Shown here piece by piece: positions 10,651 to 24,100 of a stretch of 64,000 nucleotides of DNA (position 1 is its first letter; each line of letters begins with the position of its first letter). The notes under the pieces are model-generated. The model saw only the letters and a list, made by a program, of their open reading frames with translations, did no database searches and was not told the origin of the DNA. The position numbers and the translations under genes were made by a program. The stretch spans positions 141,546,001 to 141,610,000 of the forward strand of contig OZ024743.1 in the NCBI GenBank assembly GCA_964016885.1, read 5' to 3'. The stretch comes from Eledone cirrhosa. Lineage: Eukaryota.

Positions 10651-13239
10651 TGGTGTTTGCTGTTTGGTGTTTGGTGTTTGGTGCTTGCTGTTTGGTGCTT
10701 GGTGCTTGGTGTTTGGTGTTTGGTGCTTGGTGTTTGGTTCTTGGTGCTTGGTGCTGGGTGTTTGGTGCTTGGTGCTTGGTGTTTGGTGCTTGGTGCTTGG
10801 TGCTTGGTGTTTGGTCCTTGGTGCTTGGTGCTTGGTCTTTGGTGCTTGGGTGTTGGTCTTTGGTGCTTGGTGCTTGGTGTTTGGTGCTTGGTGCTTGGTG
10901 CTTGGTGTTTGGTGCTTGCTGCTTGGTGCTTGGTGTTTGGTGCTTGGTGCTTGGTGATTAGTGTTTGGTGATTGGTGCTTGGGGTTTGGTGTTTAGGGCT
11001 TGGTGTTTGGTGCTTGGTGCTTGCTGTTTGGTGTTTGGTGCTGGGTGTTAGGTGCTTGGTGCTTGGTGTTTGGTGCTTGGTGCTTGGTGCTTGGTGCTTG
11101 GTGTTTGGTGCTTGGTGCTTGGTGCTTGGTGCTTGCTGTTTGGTGTTTGGTGTTTGGTTCTTGGTGCTTGGTGTTTGGTGTTTGGTGTTTGGTGCTTGGT
11201 GCTTGGTGCTTGGTGTTTGGTGCTTGGGGTTTGGTGTTTGGTGCTTGGTGTTTGGTGCTTGGTGCTTGCTGTTTGGTGTTTGGTGTTTGGTTCTTGGTGT
11301 TTGGTGTTTGGTATTTGGTGTTTGGTGCTTGGTGCTTGGTGCTTGGTGTTTGGTGCTTGGTGCTTGGTGCTTGGTGTTTTGTGTTTGGTGCTTGGTACTT
11401 GGTGATTAGTGTTTGGTGCTTGGTGCTTGCGGTTTGGTGTTTGGTGCTTGGGGTTTGGTGTTTGGTGCTTGGTGCTTGCTGCTTGGTGCTTGGTGTTTGG
11501 TGCTTGGTGCTTGGTGTTTGGTGTTTGGTGCTTGGGGTTTGGTGTTTGGTGCTTGGTGCTTGGAGTTTCGTGCTTGGTGCTTGGTGTTTGGAGTTTGGTG
11601 CTTGGTGCTTGGTGCCTGGTGCTTGTTGTTTGGTGTTTGGTGCTTAGTGGTTGGTGTTTGGTGTTTGGTGCTTGGTGTTTGGTGGCTGGTGTTTGGTGCT
11701 TGGTGTTTGGAGTTTGGTGTTTGGTGCTTGGTGCCTGGTGTTTCGTGCTTGGTGCTTGGTGCTTGGTGTCTGGTGTTTGGTGCTTGGTGCTTGGTGTTTG
11801 GTGTTTGGTGCTTGGGGTTTGGTGTTTGGTGCTTGGTGCTTGGAGTTTGGTGCTTGGTGCTTGGTGATTAGTGTTTGGTGCTTGGTGCATTGGGTTTGGT
11901 GTTTGGTGATTGGGGTTTGGTGTTTGGTGCTTGGTGCTTGGTGTTTGGTTCTTGGTGCTTGGTGTTTGGTGTTTCGTGTTTGGTGCTTGGTGCTTGGTGC
12001 TTGGTGTTTGGTGCTTGGTGCTTGGTGCTTGGTGTTTGGTGCTGCGTGCTTGGTGTTTGGTGCTTGGTGTTTGGTGCTTGGTGCTTGGTGCTTGGTGCTT
12101 GGTGTTTGGTGATTGGTGCTTGGTGCTTGGTGCTTGGTGCTTGGTGTTAGGTGTTTGGTCCTTGGTGCTTGTTGTTTGGTGTTTTGTGCTTGGTGCTTGG
12201 CGTTTGGTGTTTGGTGCTAGGGGCTTGGTGCTTGATGCTTGGTGTTTGGTGCTTGGTGCTTGCTGTTTGGTGTTTGGTGCTTGGTGCCTGGGGCTTGTTG
12301 TTTGGTGTTTGGTGCTTAGTGCTTGGTGTTTGGTGTTTGGTGCTTGGTGCTTGGTGGCTGGTGCTTGGTGCTTGGTGTTTGGAGTTTGGTGCTTGGTGCT
12401 TGGTGCCTGGTGTTTCGTGCTTGGTGATTGGTGCTTGGTGTTTGGTGTTTGGTGTTTGGTGTTTGGTGTTTGGTACTTGGTGCTTGGTGCTTGGTTTTTG
12501 GTGCTTGGTGTTTGGTGATTGGTGCTTGGTGCTTGGTGCTTGGTGCTTGGTGTTAGGTGTTTGGTCCTTGGTGCTTGTTGTTTGGTGTTTTGTGCTTGGT
12601 GCTTGGCGTTTGGTGTTTGGTGCTAGGGGCTTGGTGCTTGATGCTTGGTGTTTGGTGCTTGGTGCTTGCTGTTTGGTGTTTGGTGCTTGGTGCGTGGGAC
12701 TTAGTGTTTGGTGTTTGATGCTTGGTGTTTGGTGCTTGGTGTTTGGTGCTTGGTGCTTGGTGTTTGGTGTTTGGTGCTTAGTGCTTGGGGCTTGGTGTTT
12801 GGTGCTTGGTGTTTGGTGTTTGGTGCTTGGTGCTTGGTGTTTGGCGCTTGGTGCTTGGTGCTTGGTGTTTGGTGCTTGGTGCTTGGTGCTTGGTGCTTGG
12901 TCATTAGTGTTTGGTGCTTGGTGCTTGGTGCCTGGTGCTTGGTGCTTGGTGCTTGTTGTTTGGTGCTTGGTGTTTGGTGCTTGGTGCTTGGTGCTGGGTG
13001 GTTGGTGTTTGGTGTTTGGTGCTTGGTGCTTGGTGCTTATTGTTTGGTGCTTGGTGCTTGGTGCTTGGTGCTTGGTCTTTGGTGCTTGGTGTTTGGTGTT
13101 TGGTACTTGGGGCCTGGTGTTTGGCGCTTGGTGCCTGGTGCTTGGTGTTTGGTGCTTGGTGTTTGGTGCTTGGTGATTAGTGTTTGGTGCTTGGTGCTTG
13201 GTGCCTGGTGCTTGGTGCTTGGTGCTTGATGTTTGGTGC

Positions 13240-16200
13240 TTGGTGCTTGGTGATTAGTGTTTGGTGCTTGGTGCTTTGGGTTTGGTGTTTGGTGCTTGGG
13301 GTTTGGTGTTTGGTGCTTGGTGCTTGGTGTTTGGTGCTTGGTGCTTGGTGTTTGGTGCTTGGTGCTTTGTGTTTGGTGCTTGGTGTTTGGTGCTTGGTGC
13401 TTGGTGCTTGGTTCTTGGTGTTAGGTGTTTGGTGCTTGGTGATTGGTGTTTGATGTTAGGTTCTTGCTGCTTGGTGTTTGGTGTTTGGTGCTTGGTGCTT
13501 GGTGTTTGGTGTTTGGTGCTTGCTGCTTGGTGCTTGGTGTTTTGTGTTTGCAGTTTGGTGCTTGGTGTTTGGTGCTTCGGTCTTGGTGTTTGGTGTTTGG
13601 TGCTTGGTGCCTGGGGCTTGTTGTTTGGTGTTTGGTGCTTAGTGCTTGGTGTTTGGTGTTTGGTGCTTGGTGCTTGGTGGCTGGTGCTTGGTGCTTGGTG
13701 TTTGCAGTTTGGTGCTTGGTGCTTGGTGCCTGGTGTTTCGTGCTTGGTGCTTGGTGCTTGGTGTTTGGTGTTTGGTGCTTGGTGTTTGGTGTTTGGTACT
13801 TGGTGCTTGGTGCTTGGTGTTTGGTGCGTGGTGTTTGGTGCTTGGTGCTTGGTGCTTGGTGCTTGGTGTTTGATGTTTGGTCCTTGGTGCTTGTTGTTTG
13901 GTGTTTGGTGCTTCGTGCTTGGTGTTTGGCGTTTGGTGCTTGCTGCTTGCTGCTTGGTGTTTGGTGCTTGGTGATTGGTGCTTGGTGTTTTGTGCTTGGT
14001 GCTTGGTGTTTGGTGTTTGCTGCTAGGGGCTTGGTGCTTGATGCTTGGTGTGTGGTGCTTGGTGCTTGCTGTTTGGTGTTTGGTGCTTGGTGCGTGGGAC
14101 TTAGTGTTTGGTGTTTGGTGCTTGGTGTTTGGTGCTTGGTGTTTGGTGCTTGGTGCTTGGTGCTTGGGGCTTGGTCTTTGGTGCTTAGTGTTTGGTGCTT
14201 GGTGTTTGGTGTTTGGTGTTTGGTGCTTGGTGTTTGGTGCTTGGTGCTTGGTGCTGGGTGGTTGGTGTTTGGTGTTTGGTGCTTGGTGCTTGGTGCTTAT
14301 TGTTTGGTGCTTGGTGCTTGGTGCTTGGTGCTTGGTCTTTGGTGCTTGGTGTTTGGTGTTTGGTGCTTGGTGCCTGGTGTTTGGCGCTTGGTGCTTGGTG
14401 CTTGGTGTTTGGTGCTTGGTGTTTGGTGCTTGGTGATTAGTGTTTGGTGCTTGGTGCTTGGTGCCTGGTGCTTGGTGCTTGGTGCTTGATGTTTGGTGCT
14501 TGGTGCTTGGTGATTAGTGTTTGCTGCTTGGTGCTTGGTGTTTGGTGCTTGGTGCTTGGTGTTTGGTGCTTGGTGCTTTGTGTTTGGTGCTTGGTGTTTG
14601 GTGCTTGGTGCTTGGTGCTTGGTGCTTGGTGTTAGGTGTTTGGTGCTTGATGATTGGTGTTTGATGTTAGGTTCTTGGTGATTGGTGTTTGGTGTTTGGT
14701 GCTTGGTGCTTGGTGTTTGGTGTTTGGTGCTTGCTGCTTGGTGCTTGGTGTTTTGTGTTTGGATTTTGGTGCTTGGTGTTTGGTGCTTCGGTCTTGGTGT
14801 TTGGTGTTTGGTGCTTGGTGCTTGGTGTTTGGTGTTTGGTGCCTGGTGCTTGGTGTTCGGTGCTTGGTGTTTGGTGTTTGGTGATTGGTGCTTGTTGTTT
14901 GGTGCTTGGTGCTTGGTGCTTGGTGCTTGGTGTTAGGCGTTTGGTCCTTGGTGCTTGGTGTTTGTTGTTTGGTCCATTGTGCTTGGTGTTTGGTATTTTG
15001 TGCTTGGTGCTTGGTGTTTGGTGTTTGGTGCTTGGTGCTTGGTGTTTGGTGTTTGGTGCTTGCTGCTTGCTGCTTGGTGTTTGGTGCTAGGGGCTTGGTG
15101 CTTGGTGTTTCGTGTTTGGTGCTTGGTGCTTGGTGTTTGGTGTTTGGTGCTTGGTGCGTGGGACTTGGTGTTTGGTGCTTGGTGTTTGGTGCTTGGTGTT
15201 TGGTGCTTGGTGCCTGGTGCTTGGTGTTTGGTGTTTGGTGCTTGGTGTTTGGTGCTTGTTGTTTGGTGCTTGGTGTTCGGTGCTTGGTGCTTGGTGCTTG
15301 GTGCTTGGTGTTTGGTGTTGTGTGCTTGGTGCTTGGTGTTTGGCGTTTGCTGTTTGCTGTTTGGTGGTTGGTGTTTGCTGTTTGGTGTTTGCTGTTTGGT
15401 GTTTGGTGTTTGGTGCTTGCTGTTTGGTGCTTGGTGCTTGGTGTTTGGTGTTTGGTGCTTGGTGTTTGGTGCTTGGTGCTTGGTGCTGGGTGTTTGGTGC
15501 TTGGTGCTTGGTGTTTGGTGCTTGGTGCTTGGTGCTTGGTGTTTGGTCCTTGGTGCTTGGTGCTTGGTCTTTGGTGCTTGGGTTTTGGTGTTTGGTGCTT
15601 GGTACTTGGTGTTTGGTGCTTGGTGCTTGGTGCTTGGTGTTTGGTGATTGCTGCTTGGTGCTTGGTGTTTGGTGCTTGGTGCTTGGTGATTAGTGTTTGG
15701 TGATTGGTGCTTGGGGTTTGGTGTTTGGGGCTTGGTGTTTGGTGCTTGGTGCTTGCTGTTTGGTGTTTGGTGTTTGGTTCTTGGTGCTTGGTGTTTGGTA
15801 TTTGGTGTTTGGTGCTTGGTGCTTGGTGCTTGGTGTTTGGTGCTTGGTGCTTGGTGCTTGGTGTTTGGTGCTGCGTGCTTGGTGTTTGGTGTTTGGTGCT
15901 TGGTGCCTGGGGATTGTTGTTTGGTGTTTGGTGCTTAGTGCTTGGTGTTTGGTGTTTGGTGCTTGGTGCTTGGTGGCTGGTGCTTGGTGCTTGGTGTTTG
16001 GAGTTTGGTGCTTGGTGCTTGGTGTCTGGTGTTTCGTGCTTGGTGCTTGGTGCTTGGTGTTTGGTGTTTGGTGCTTGGTGTTTGGTGCTTGGTGTTTGGT
16101 GCTTGGTTCTTGGTGCTTGGTGTTAGGTGTTTGGTGCTTGGTGCTTGGTGTTTGATGTTTGGTCCTTGGTGCTTGTTGTTTGGTGTTTGGTGCTTGGTGC

Positions 16201-19200
16201 TTGGTGTTTGGTGTTTGGTGCTTGCTGCTTGCTGCTTGGTGTTTGGTGCTTGGTGATTGGTGCTTGGTGTTTTATGCTTGGTGCTTGGTGTTTGGTGTTT
16301 GGTGCTAGGGGCTTGGTGCTTGATGCTTGATGTTTGGTGCTTGGTGCGTGCTGTTTGGTGTTTGGTGCTTGGTGCGTGGGACTTAGTGTTTGGTGTTTGG
16401 TGCTTGGTGTTTTGTGCTTGGTGTTTGGTGCTTGGTGCTTGGTGTTTGGTGTTTGGTGCTTGGTGCTTGGGGCTTGGTGTTTGGTGCTTAGTGTTTGGTG
16501 CTTGGTGTTTGGTGCTTGGTGCTTGGTGCTTGGTGTTTGGTGTATGGTGTTTGGTGCTTGTTGTTTGGTGCTTGGTGCTTGGTGATTAGTGTTTGGTGAT
16601 TGGTGCTTGCGGTTTGGTGTTTGGTGCTTGGGGTTTGGTGTTTGGTGCTTGGTGCTTGGTGCTTGGTCTTTGGTGCTTGGTGTTTGGTGTTTGGTGCTTG
16701 GTGCTTGGTGTTTGGTGTTTGGTGCTTGCTGCTTGCTGCTTGGTGTTTGGTGCTAGGGGCTTGGTGCTTGGTGTTTCGTGTTTGGTGCTTGGTGCTTGGT
16801 GTTTGGTGTTTGGTGCTTGGTGCGTGGGACTTGGTGTTTGGTGCTTGGTGTTTGGTGCTTGGTGTTTGGTGCTTGGTGCCTGGTGCTTGGTGTTTGGTGT
16901 TTGGTGCTTGGTGTTTGGTGCTTGTTGTTTGGTGCTTGGTGTTCGGTGCTTGGTGCTTGGTGCTTGGTGCTTGGTGTTTGGTGTTTGGTGCTTGGTGCTT
17001 GGTGTTTGATGTTTGGTCCTTGGTGCTTGGTGTTTGGTGTTGTGTGCTTGGTGCTTGGTGCTTGGTGTTTGGTGCTTGGTGCTTGGTGCTTGGTGTTTGG
17101 CGTTTGCTGTTTGCTGTTTGGTGGTTGGTGTTTGCTGTTTGGTGTTTGCTGTTTGGTGTTTGGTGTTTGGTGCTTGCTGTTTGGTGCTTGGTGCTTGGTG
17201 TTTGGTGTTTGGTGCTTGGTGTTTGGTGCTTGGTGCTTGGTGCTGGGTGTTTGGTGCTTGGTGCTTGGTGTTTGGTGCTTGGTGCTTGGTGCTTGGTGTT
17301 TGGTCCTTGGTGCTTGGTGCTTGGTCTTTGGTGCTTGGGTTTTGGTGTTTGGTGCTTGGTGCTTGGTGTTTGGTGCTTGGTGCTTGGTGCTTGGTGTTTG
17401 GTGCTTGCTGCTTGGTGCTTGGTGTTTGGTGCTTGGTGCTTGGTGATTAGTGTTTGGTGATTGGTGCTTGGGGTTTGGTGTTTGGGGCTTGGTGTTTGGT
17501 GCTTGGTGCTTGCTGTTTGGTGTTTGGTGTTTGGTTCTTGGTGCTTGGTGTTTGGTATTTGGTGTTTGGTGCTTGGTGCTTGGTGCTTGGTGTTTGGTGC
17601 TTGGTGCTTGGTGCTTGGTGTTTGGTGCTGCGTGCTTGGTGTTTGGTGTTTGGTGCTTGGTGCCTGGGGCTTGTTGTTTGGTGTTTGGTGCTTAGTGCTT
17701 GGTGTTTGGTGTTTGGTGCTTGGTGCTTAGTGGCTGGTGCTTGGTGCTTGGTGTTTGGAGTTTGGTGCTTGGTGCTTGGTGTCTGGTGTTTCGTGCTTGG
17801 TGCTTGGTGCTTGGTGTTTGGTGTTTGGTGCTTGGTGTTTGGTGCTTGGTGTTTGGTGCTTGGTTCTTGGTGCTTGGTGTTAGGTGTTTGGTGCTTGGTG
17901 CTTGGTGTTTGATGTTTGGTCCTTGGTGCTTGTTGTTTGGTGTTTGGTGCTTGGTGCTTGGTGTTTGGTGTTTGGTGCTTGCTGCTTGCTGCTTGGTGTT
18001 TGGTGCTTGGTGATTGGTGCTTGGTGTTTTATGCTTGGTGCTTGGTGTTTGGTGTTTGGTGCTAGGGACTTGGTGCTTGATGCTTGATGTTTGGTGCTTG
18101 GTGCTTGCTGTTTGGTGTTTGGTGCTTGGTGCGTGGGACTTAGTGTTTGGTGTTTGGTGCTTGGTGTTTTGTGCTTGGTGTTTGGTGCTTGGTGCTTGGT
18201 GCTTGGTGTTTGGTGTTTGGTGCTTGGGGTTTGGTGTTTGGTGCTTGGTGCTTGGAGTTTGGTGCTTGGTGCTTGGTGTTTGGAGTTTGGTGCTTGGTGC
18301 TTGGTGCCTGGTGCTTGTTGTTTGGTGTTTGGTGCTTAGTGGTTGGTGTTTGGTGTTTGGTGCTTGGTGTTTGGTGGCTGGTGTTTGGTGCTTGGTGTTT
18401 GGAGTTTGGTGTTTGGTGCTTGGAGCCTGGTGTTTCGTGCTTGGTGCTTGGTGCTTGGTGTCTGGTGTTTGGTGCTTGGTGCTTGGTGTTTGGTGTTTGG
18501 TGCTTGGGGTTTGGTGTTTGGTGCTTGGTGCTTGGAGTTTGGTGCTTGGTGCTTGGTGATTAGTGTTTGGTGCTTGGTGCATTGGGTTTGGTGTTTGGTG
18601 CTTGGGGTTTGGTGTTTGGTGCTTGGTGCTTGGTGTTTGGTGCTTGGTGCTTGGTGTTTGGTGCTTGGTGCTTTGTGTTTGGTGCTTGGTGTTTGGTGCT
18701 TGGTGCTTGGTGCTTGGTTCTTGGTGTTAGGTGTTTGGTGCTTGGTGATTGGTGTTTGATGTTAGGTTCTTGGTGCTTGGTGTTTGGTGTTTGGTGCTTG
18801 GTGCTTGGTGTTTGGTGCTTGCTGCTTGGTGCTTGGTGTTTTGTGTTTGCAGTTTGGTGCTTGGTGTTTGGTGCTTCGGTCTTGGTGTTTGGTGTTTGGT
18901 GCTTCGTGCCTGGGGCTTGTTGTTTGGTGTTTGGTGCTTAGTGCTTGGTGTTTGGTGTTTGGTGCTTGGTGCTTGGTGGCTGGTGCTTGGTGCTTGGTGT
19001 TTGCAGTTTGGTGCTTGGTGCTTGGTGCCTGGTGTTTCGTGCTTGGTGCTTGGTGCTTGGTGTTTGGTGTTTGGTGCTTGGTGTTTGGTGTTTGGTACTT
19101 GGTGCTTGGTGCTTGGTGTTTGGTGCTTGGTGTTTGGTGCTTGGTGCTTGGTGCTTGGTGCTTGGTGTTTGATGTTTGGTCCTTGGTGCTTGTTGTTTGG

Positions 19201-20350
19201 TGTTTGGTGCTTCGTGCTTGGTGTTTGGTGTTTGGTGCTTGCTGCTTGCTGCTTGGTGTTTGGTGCTTGGTGATTGGTGCTTGGTGTTTTGTGCTTGGTG
19301 CTTGGTGTTTGGTGTTTGCTGCTAGGGGCTTGGTGCTTGATGCTTGGTGTGTGGTGCTTGGTGCTTGCTGTTTGGTGTTTGGTGCTTGGTGCGTGGGACT
19401 TAGTGTTTGGTGTTTGGTGCTTTGTGTTTGGTGCTTGGTGTTTGGTGCTTGGTGCTTGGTGTTTGGTGTTTGGTGCTTGGTGCTTGGGGCTTGGTCTTTG
19501 GTGCTTAGTGTTTGGTGCTTGGTGTTTGGTGCTTGGTGCTTGGTGCCTGGTGTTTGGTGTTTGGTGTTTGGTGCTTGGTGTTTGGTGCTTGGTGCTTGGT
19601 GCTGGGTGGTTGGTGTTTGGTGTTTGGTGCTTGGTGCTTGGTGCTTATTGTTTGGTGCTTGGTGCTTGGTGCTTGGTGCTTGGTCTTTGGTGCTTGGTGT
19701 TTGGTGTTTGGTGCTTGGTGCCTGGTGTTTGGCGCTTGGTGCTTGGTGCTTGGTGTTTGGTGCTTGGTGTTTGGTGCTTGGTGATTAGTGTTTGGTGCTT
19801 GGTGCTTGGTGCCTGGTGCTTGGTGCTTGGTGCTTGATGTTTGGTGCTTGGTGCTTGGTGATTAGTGTTTGCTGCTTGGTGCTTGGTGTTTGGTGCTTGG
19901 TGCTTGGTGTTTGGTGCTTGGTGCTTTGTGTTTGGTGCTTGGTGTTTGGTGCTTGGTGCTTGGTGCTTGGTGCTTGGTGTTAGGTGTTTGGTGCTTGATG
20001 ATTGGTGTTTGATGTTAGGTTCTTGGTGATTGGTGTTTGGTGTTTGGTGCTTGGTGCTTGGTGTTTGGTGTTTGGTGCTTGCTGCTTGGTGCTTGGTGTT
20101 TTGTGTTTGGATTTTGGTGCTTGGTGTTTGGTGCTTCGGTCTTGGTGTTTGTTGTTTGGTGCTTGGTGCTTGGTGTTTGGTGTTTGGTGCCTGGTGCTTG
20201 GTGTTCGGTGCTTGGTGTTTGGTGTTTGGTGATTGGTGCTTGTTGTTTGGTGCTTGGTGCTTGGTGCTTGGTGCTTGGTGTTAGGCGTTTGGTCCTTGGT
20301 GCTTGGTGTTTGTTGTTTGGTCCATTGTGCTTGGTGTTTGGTATTTTGTG
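13240..20350 (+). repeat. Third copy of a ~1.8-kb block (about 13240-15010 and 18550-20350)
   Basis: Matching translations 13646/18945, 14444/19792 and 14654/20002 (offsets 5299-5348, multiples of 7). Shared TTGCAGT, TTGATGA and TTGGATT variants. Confidence 0.85.
15020..18190 (+). repeat. Tandem duplication with a ~1.7-kb period (about 15020-16430 and 16690-18190); part recurs at about 26940-27940
   Basis: Offset 1757 (251 monomers) for 15693/17450, 15942/17699 and 16127/17884. Offset 11249 for 15693/26942 and 16334/27583. Shared TTTATGC variant at about 16271, 18028 and 27520. Confidence 0.85.
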
Positions 20351-21110
20351 CTTGGTGCTTGGTGTTTGGTGCTTGGTGCTTGGTGTTTGGTGCTTGGTGC
20401 TTGGTGCCTGGTGTTTGGTCCGTGGTGCTTGGTGCTTGGTGCTTGGTGCTTGCTGTTTGGTGTTTGGTGTTTGGTTCTTGGTGCTTGGTGTTTGGTGTTT
20501 GGTGTTTGGTGCTTGGTGCTTGGTGCTTGGTGTTTGGTGCTTGGTGCTTGGTGATTAGTGTTTGGTGATTGGTGCTTGGGGTTTGGTGTTTGGTGCTTGG
20601 TGTTTGGTGCTTGGTGCTTGCTGTTTGGTGTTTGGTTCTTGGTGCTTGGTGTTTGGTGTTTCGTGTTTGGTGCTTGGTGCTTGGTGCTTGGTGTTTGGTG
20701 CTTGGTGCTTGGTGCTTGGTGTTTGGTGCTGCGTGCTTGGTGTTTGGTGCTTGGTGTTTGGTGCTTGGTGCTTGGTGCTTGGTGCTTGGTGTTTGGTGAT
20801 TGGTGCTTGGTTCTTGGTGTTTGGTGTTTGGTGATTGGTGCTTGTTGTTTGGTGCTTGGTGCTTGGTGCTTGGTGCTTGGTGTTAGGCGTTTGGTCCTTG
20901 GTGCTTGGTGTTTGTTGTTTGGTCCATTGTGCTTGGTGTTTGGTATTTTGTGCTTGGTGCTTGGTGTTTGGTGCTTGGTGCTTGGTGTTTGGTGCTTGGT
21001 GCTTGGTGCCTGGTGTTTGGTCCGTGGTGCTTGGTGCTTGGTGCTTGGTGCTTGCTGTTTGGTGTTTGGTGTTTGGTTCTTGGTGCTTGGTGTTTGGTGT
21101 TTGGTGTTTG
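20222..21110 (+). repeat. Local ~290-bp direct repeat at offset 602 (86 monomers)
   Basis: Translations 20233/20835 and 20303/20905 match. The private TTGGTCC-GTGGTGC variant occurs at about 20415 and 21017. Confidence 0.85.
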
Positions 21111-24100
21111 GTCCTTGGTGCTTGTTGTTTGGTGTTTTGTGCTTGGTGCTTGGCGTTTGGTGTTTGGTGCTAGGGGCTTGGTGCTTGATGCTTGGTGTTT
21201 GGTGCTTGGTGCTTGCTGTTTGGTGTTTGGTGCTTGGTGCCTGGGGCTTGTTGTTTGGTGTTTGGTGCTTAGTGCTTGGTGTTTGGTGTTTGGTGCTTGG
21301 TGCTTGGTGGCTGGTGCTTGGTGCTTGGTGTTTGGAGTTTGGTGCTTGGTGCTTGGTGCCTGGTGTTTCGTGCTTGGTGATTGGTGCTTGGTGTTTGGTG
21401 TTTGGTGTTTGGTGTTTGGTGTTTGGTACTTGGTGCTTGGTGCTTGGTTTTTGGTGCTTGGTGTTTGGTGATTGGTGCTTGGTGCTTGGTGCTTGGTGCT
21501 TGGTGTTAGGTGTTTGGTCCTTGGTGCTTGTTGTTTGGTGTTTTGTGCTTGGTGCTTGGCGTTTGGTGTTTGGTGCTAGGGGCTTGGTGCTTGATGCTTG
21601 GTGTTTGGTGCTTGGTGCTTGCTGTTTGGTGTTTGGTGCTTGGTGCGTGGGACTTAGTGTTTGGTGTTTGATGCTTGGTGTTTGGTGCTTGGTGTTTGGT
21701 GCTTGGTGCTTGGTGTTTGGTGTTTGGTGCTTAGTGCTTGGGGCTTGGTGTTTGGTGCTTGGTGTTTGGTGTTTGGTGCTTGGTGCTTGGTGTTTGGCGC
21801 TTGGTGCTTGGTGCTTGGTGTTTGGTGCTTGGTGCTTGGTGCTTGGTGCTTGGTCATTAGTGTTTGGTGCTTGGTGCTTGGTGCCTGGTGCTTGGTGCTT
21901 GGTGCTTGTTGTTTGGTACTTGGTGTTTGGTGCTTGGTGCTTGGTGCTGGGTGGTTGGTGTTTGGTGTTTGGTGCTTGGTGCTTGGTGCTTATTGTTTGG
22001 TGCTTGGTGCTTGGTGCTTGGTGCTTGGTCTTTGGTGCTTGGTGTTTGGTGTTTGGTACTTGGGGCCTGGTGTTTGGCGCTTGGTGCCTGGTGCTTGGTG
22101 TTTGGTGCTTGGTGTTTGGTGCTTGGTGATTAGTGTTTGGTGCTTGGTGCTTGGTGCCTGGTGCTTGGTGCTTGGTGCTTGATGTTTGGTGCTTGGTGCT
22201 TGGTGATTAGTGTTTGGTGCTTGGTGCTTTGGGTTTGGTGTTTGGTGCTTGGGGTTTGGTGTTTGGTGCTTGGTGCTTGGTGTTTGGTGCTTGGTGCTTG
22301 GTGTTTGGTGCTTGGTGCTTTGTGTTTGGTGCTTGGTGTTTGGTGCTTGGTGCTTGGTGCTTGGTTCTTGGTGTTAGGTGTTTGGTGCTTGGTGATTGGT
22401 GTTTGATGTTAGGTTCTTGGTGCTTGGTGTTTGGTGTTTGGTGCTTGGTGCTTGGTGTTTGGTGTTTGGTGCTTGCTGCTTGGTGCTTGGTGTTTTGTGT
22501 TTGCAGTTTGGTGCTTGGTGTTTGGTGCTTCGGTCTTGGTGTTTGGTGTTTGGTGCTTGGTGCCTGGGGCTTGGTGGCTGGTGCTTGGTGCTTGGTGTTT
22601 GCAGTTTGGTGCTTGGTGCTTGGTGCCTGGTGTTTCGTGCTTGGTGCTTGGTGCTTGGTGTTTGGTGTTTGGTGCTTGGTGTTTGGTGTTTGGTACTTGG
22701 TGCTTGGTGCTTGGTGTTTGGTGCGTGGTGTTTGGTGCTTGGTGCTTGGTGCTTGGTGCTTGGTGTTTGATGTTTGGTCCTTGGTGCTTGTTGTTTGGTG
22801 TTTGGTGCTTCGTGCTTGGTGTTTGGCGTTCGGTGCTTGCTGCTTGCTGCTTGGTGTTTGGTGCTTGGTGATTGGTGCTTGGTGTTTTGTGCTTGGTGCT
22901 TGGTGTTTGGTGTTTGCTGCTAGGGGCTTGGTGCTTGATGCTTGGTGTGTGGTGCTTGGTGCTTGCTGTTTGGTGTTTGGTGCTTGGTGCGTGGGACTTA
23001 GTGTTTGGTGTTTGGTGCTTGGTGTTTGGTGCTTGGTGTTTGGTGCTTGGTGCTTGGTGTTTGGTGTTTGGTGCTTGGTGCTTGGGGCTTGGTCTTTGGT
23101 GCTTAGTGTTTGGTGCTTGGTGTTTGGTGCTTGGTGCTTGGTGCCTGGTGTTTGGTGTTTGGTGTTTGGTGCTTGGTGTTTGGTGCTTGGTGCTTGGTGC
23201 TTATTGTTTGGTGCTTGGTGCTTGGTGCTTGGTGCTTGGTCTTTGGTGCTTGGTGTTTGGTGTTTGGTGCTTGGTGCCTGGTGTTTGGCGCTTGGTGCTT
23301 GGTGCTTGGTGTTTGGTGCTTGGTGTTTGGTGCTTGGTGATTAGTGTTTGGTGCTTGGTGCTTGGTGCCTGGTGCTTGGTGCTTGGTGCTTGATGTTTGG
23401 TGCTTGGTGCTTGGTGATTAGTGTTTGCTGCTTGGTGCTTGGTGTTTGGTGCTTGGTGCTTGGTGTTTGGTGCTTGGTGCTTTGTGTTTGGTGCTTGGTG
23501 TTTGGTGCTTGGTGCTTGGTGCTTGGTGCTTGGTGTTAGGTGTTTGGTGCTTGATGATTGGTGTTTGATGTTAGGTTCTTGGTGATTGGTGTTTGGTGTT
23601 TGGTGCTTGGTGCTTGGTGTTTGGTGTTTGGTGCTTGCTGCTTGGTGCTTGGTGTTTTGTGTTTGGATTTTGGTGCTTGGTGTTTGGTGCTTCGGTCTTG
23701 GTGTTTGGTGTTTGGTGCTTGGTGCTTGGTGTTTGGTGTTTGGTGCCTGGTGCTTGGTGTTCGGTGCTTGGTGTTTGGTGTTTGGTGATTGGTGCTTGTT
23801 GTTTGGTGCTTGGTGCTTGGTGCTTGGTGCTTGGTGTTAGGCGTTTGGTCCTTGGTGCTTGGTGTTTGTTGTTTGGTCCATTGTGCTTGGTGTTTGGTAT
23901 TTTGTGCTTGGTGCTTGGTGTTTGGTGTTTGGTGCTTGGTGCTTGGTGTTTGGTGTTTGGTGCTTGCTGCTTGCTGCTTGGTGTTTGGTGCTAGGGGCTT
24001 GGTGCTTGGTGTTTCGTGTTTGGTGCTTGGTGCTTGGTGTTTGGTGTTTGGTGCTTGGTGCGTGGGACTTGGTGTTTGGTGCTTGGTGTTTGGTGCTTGG

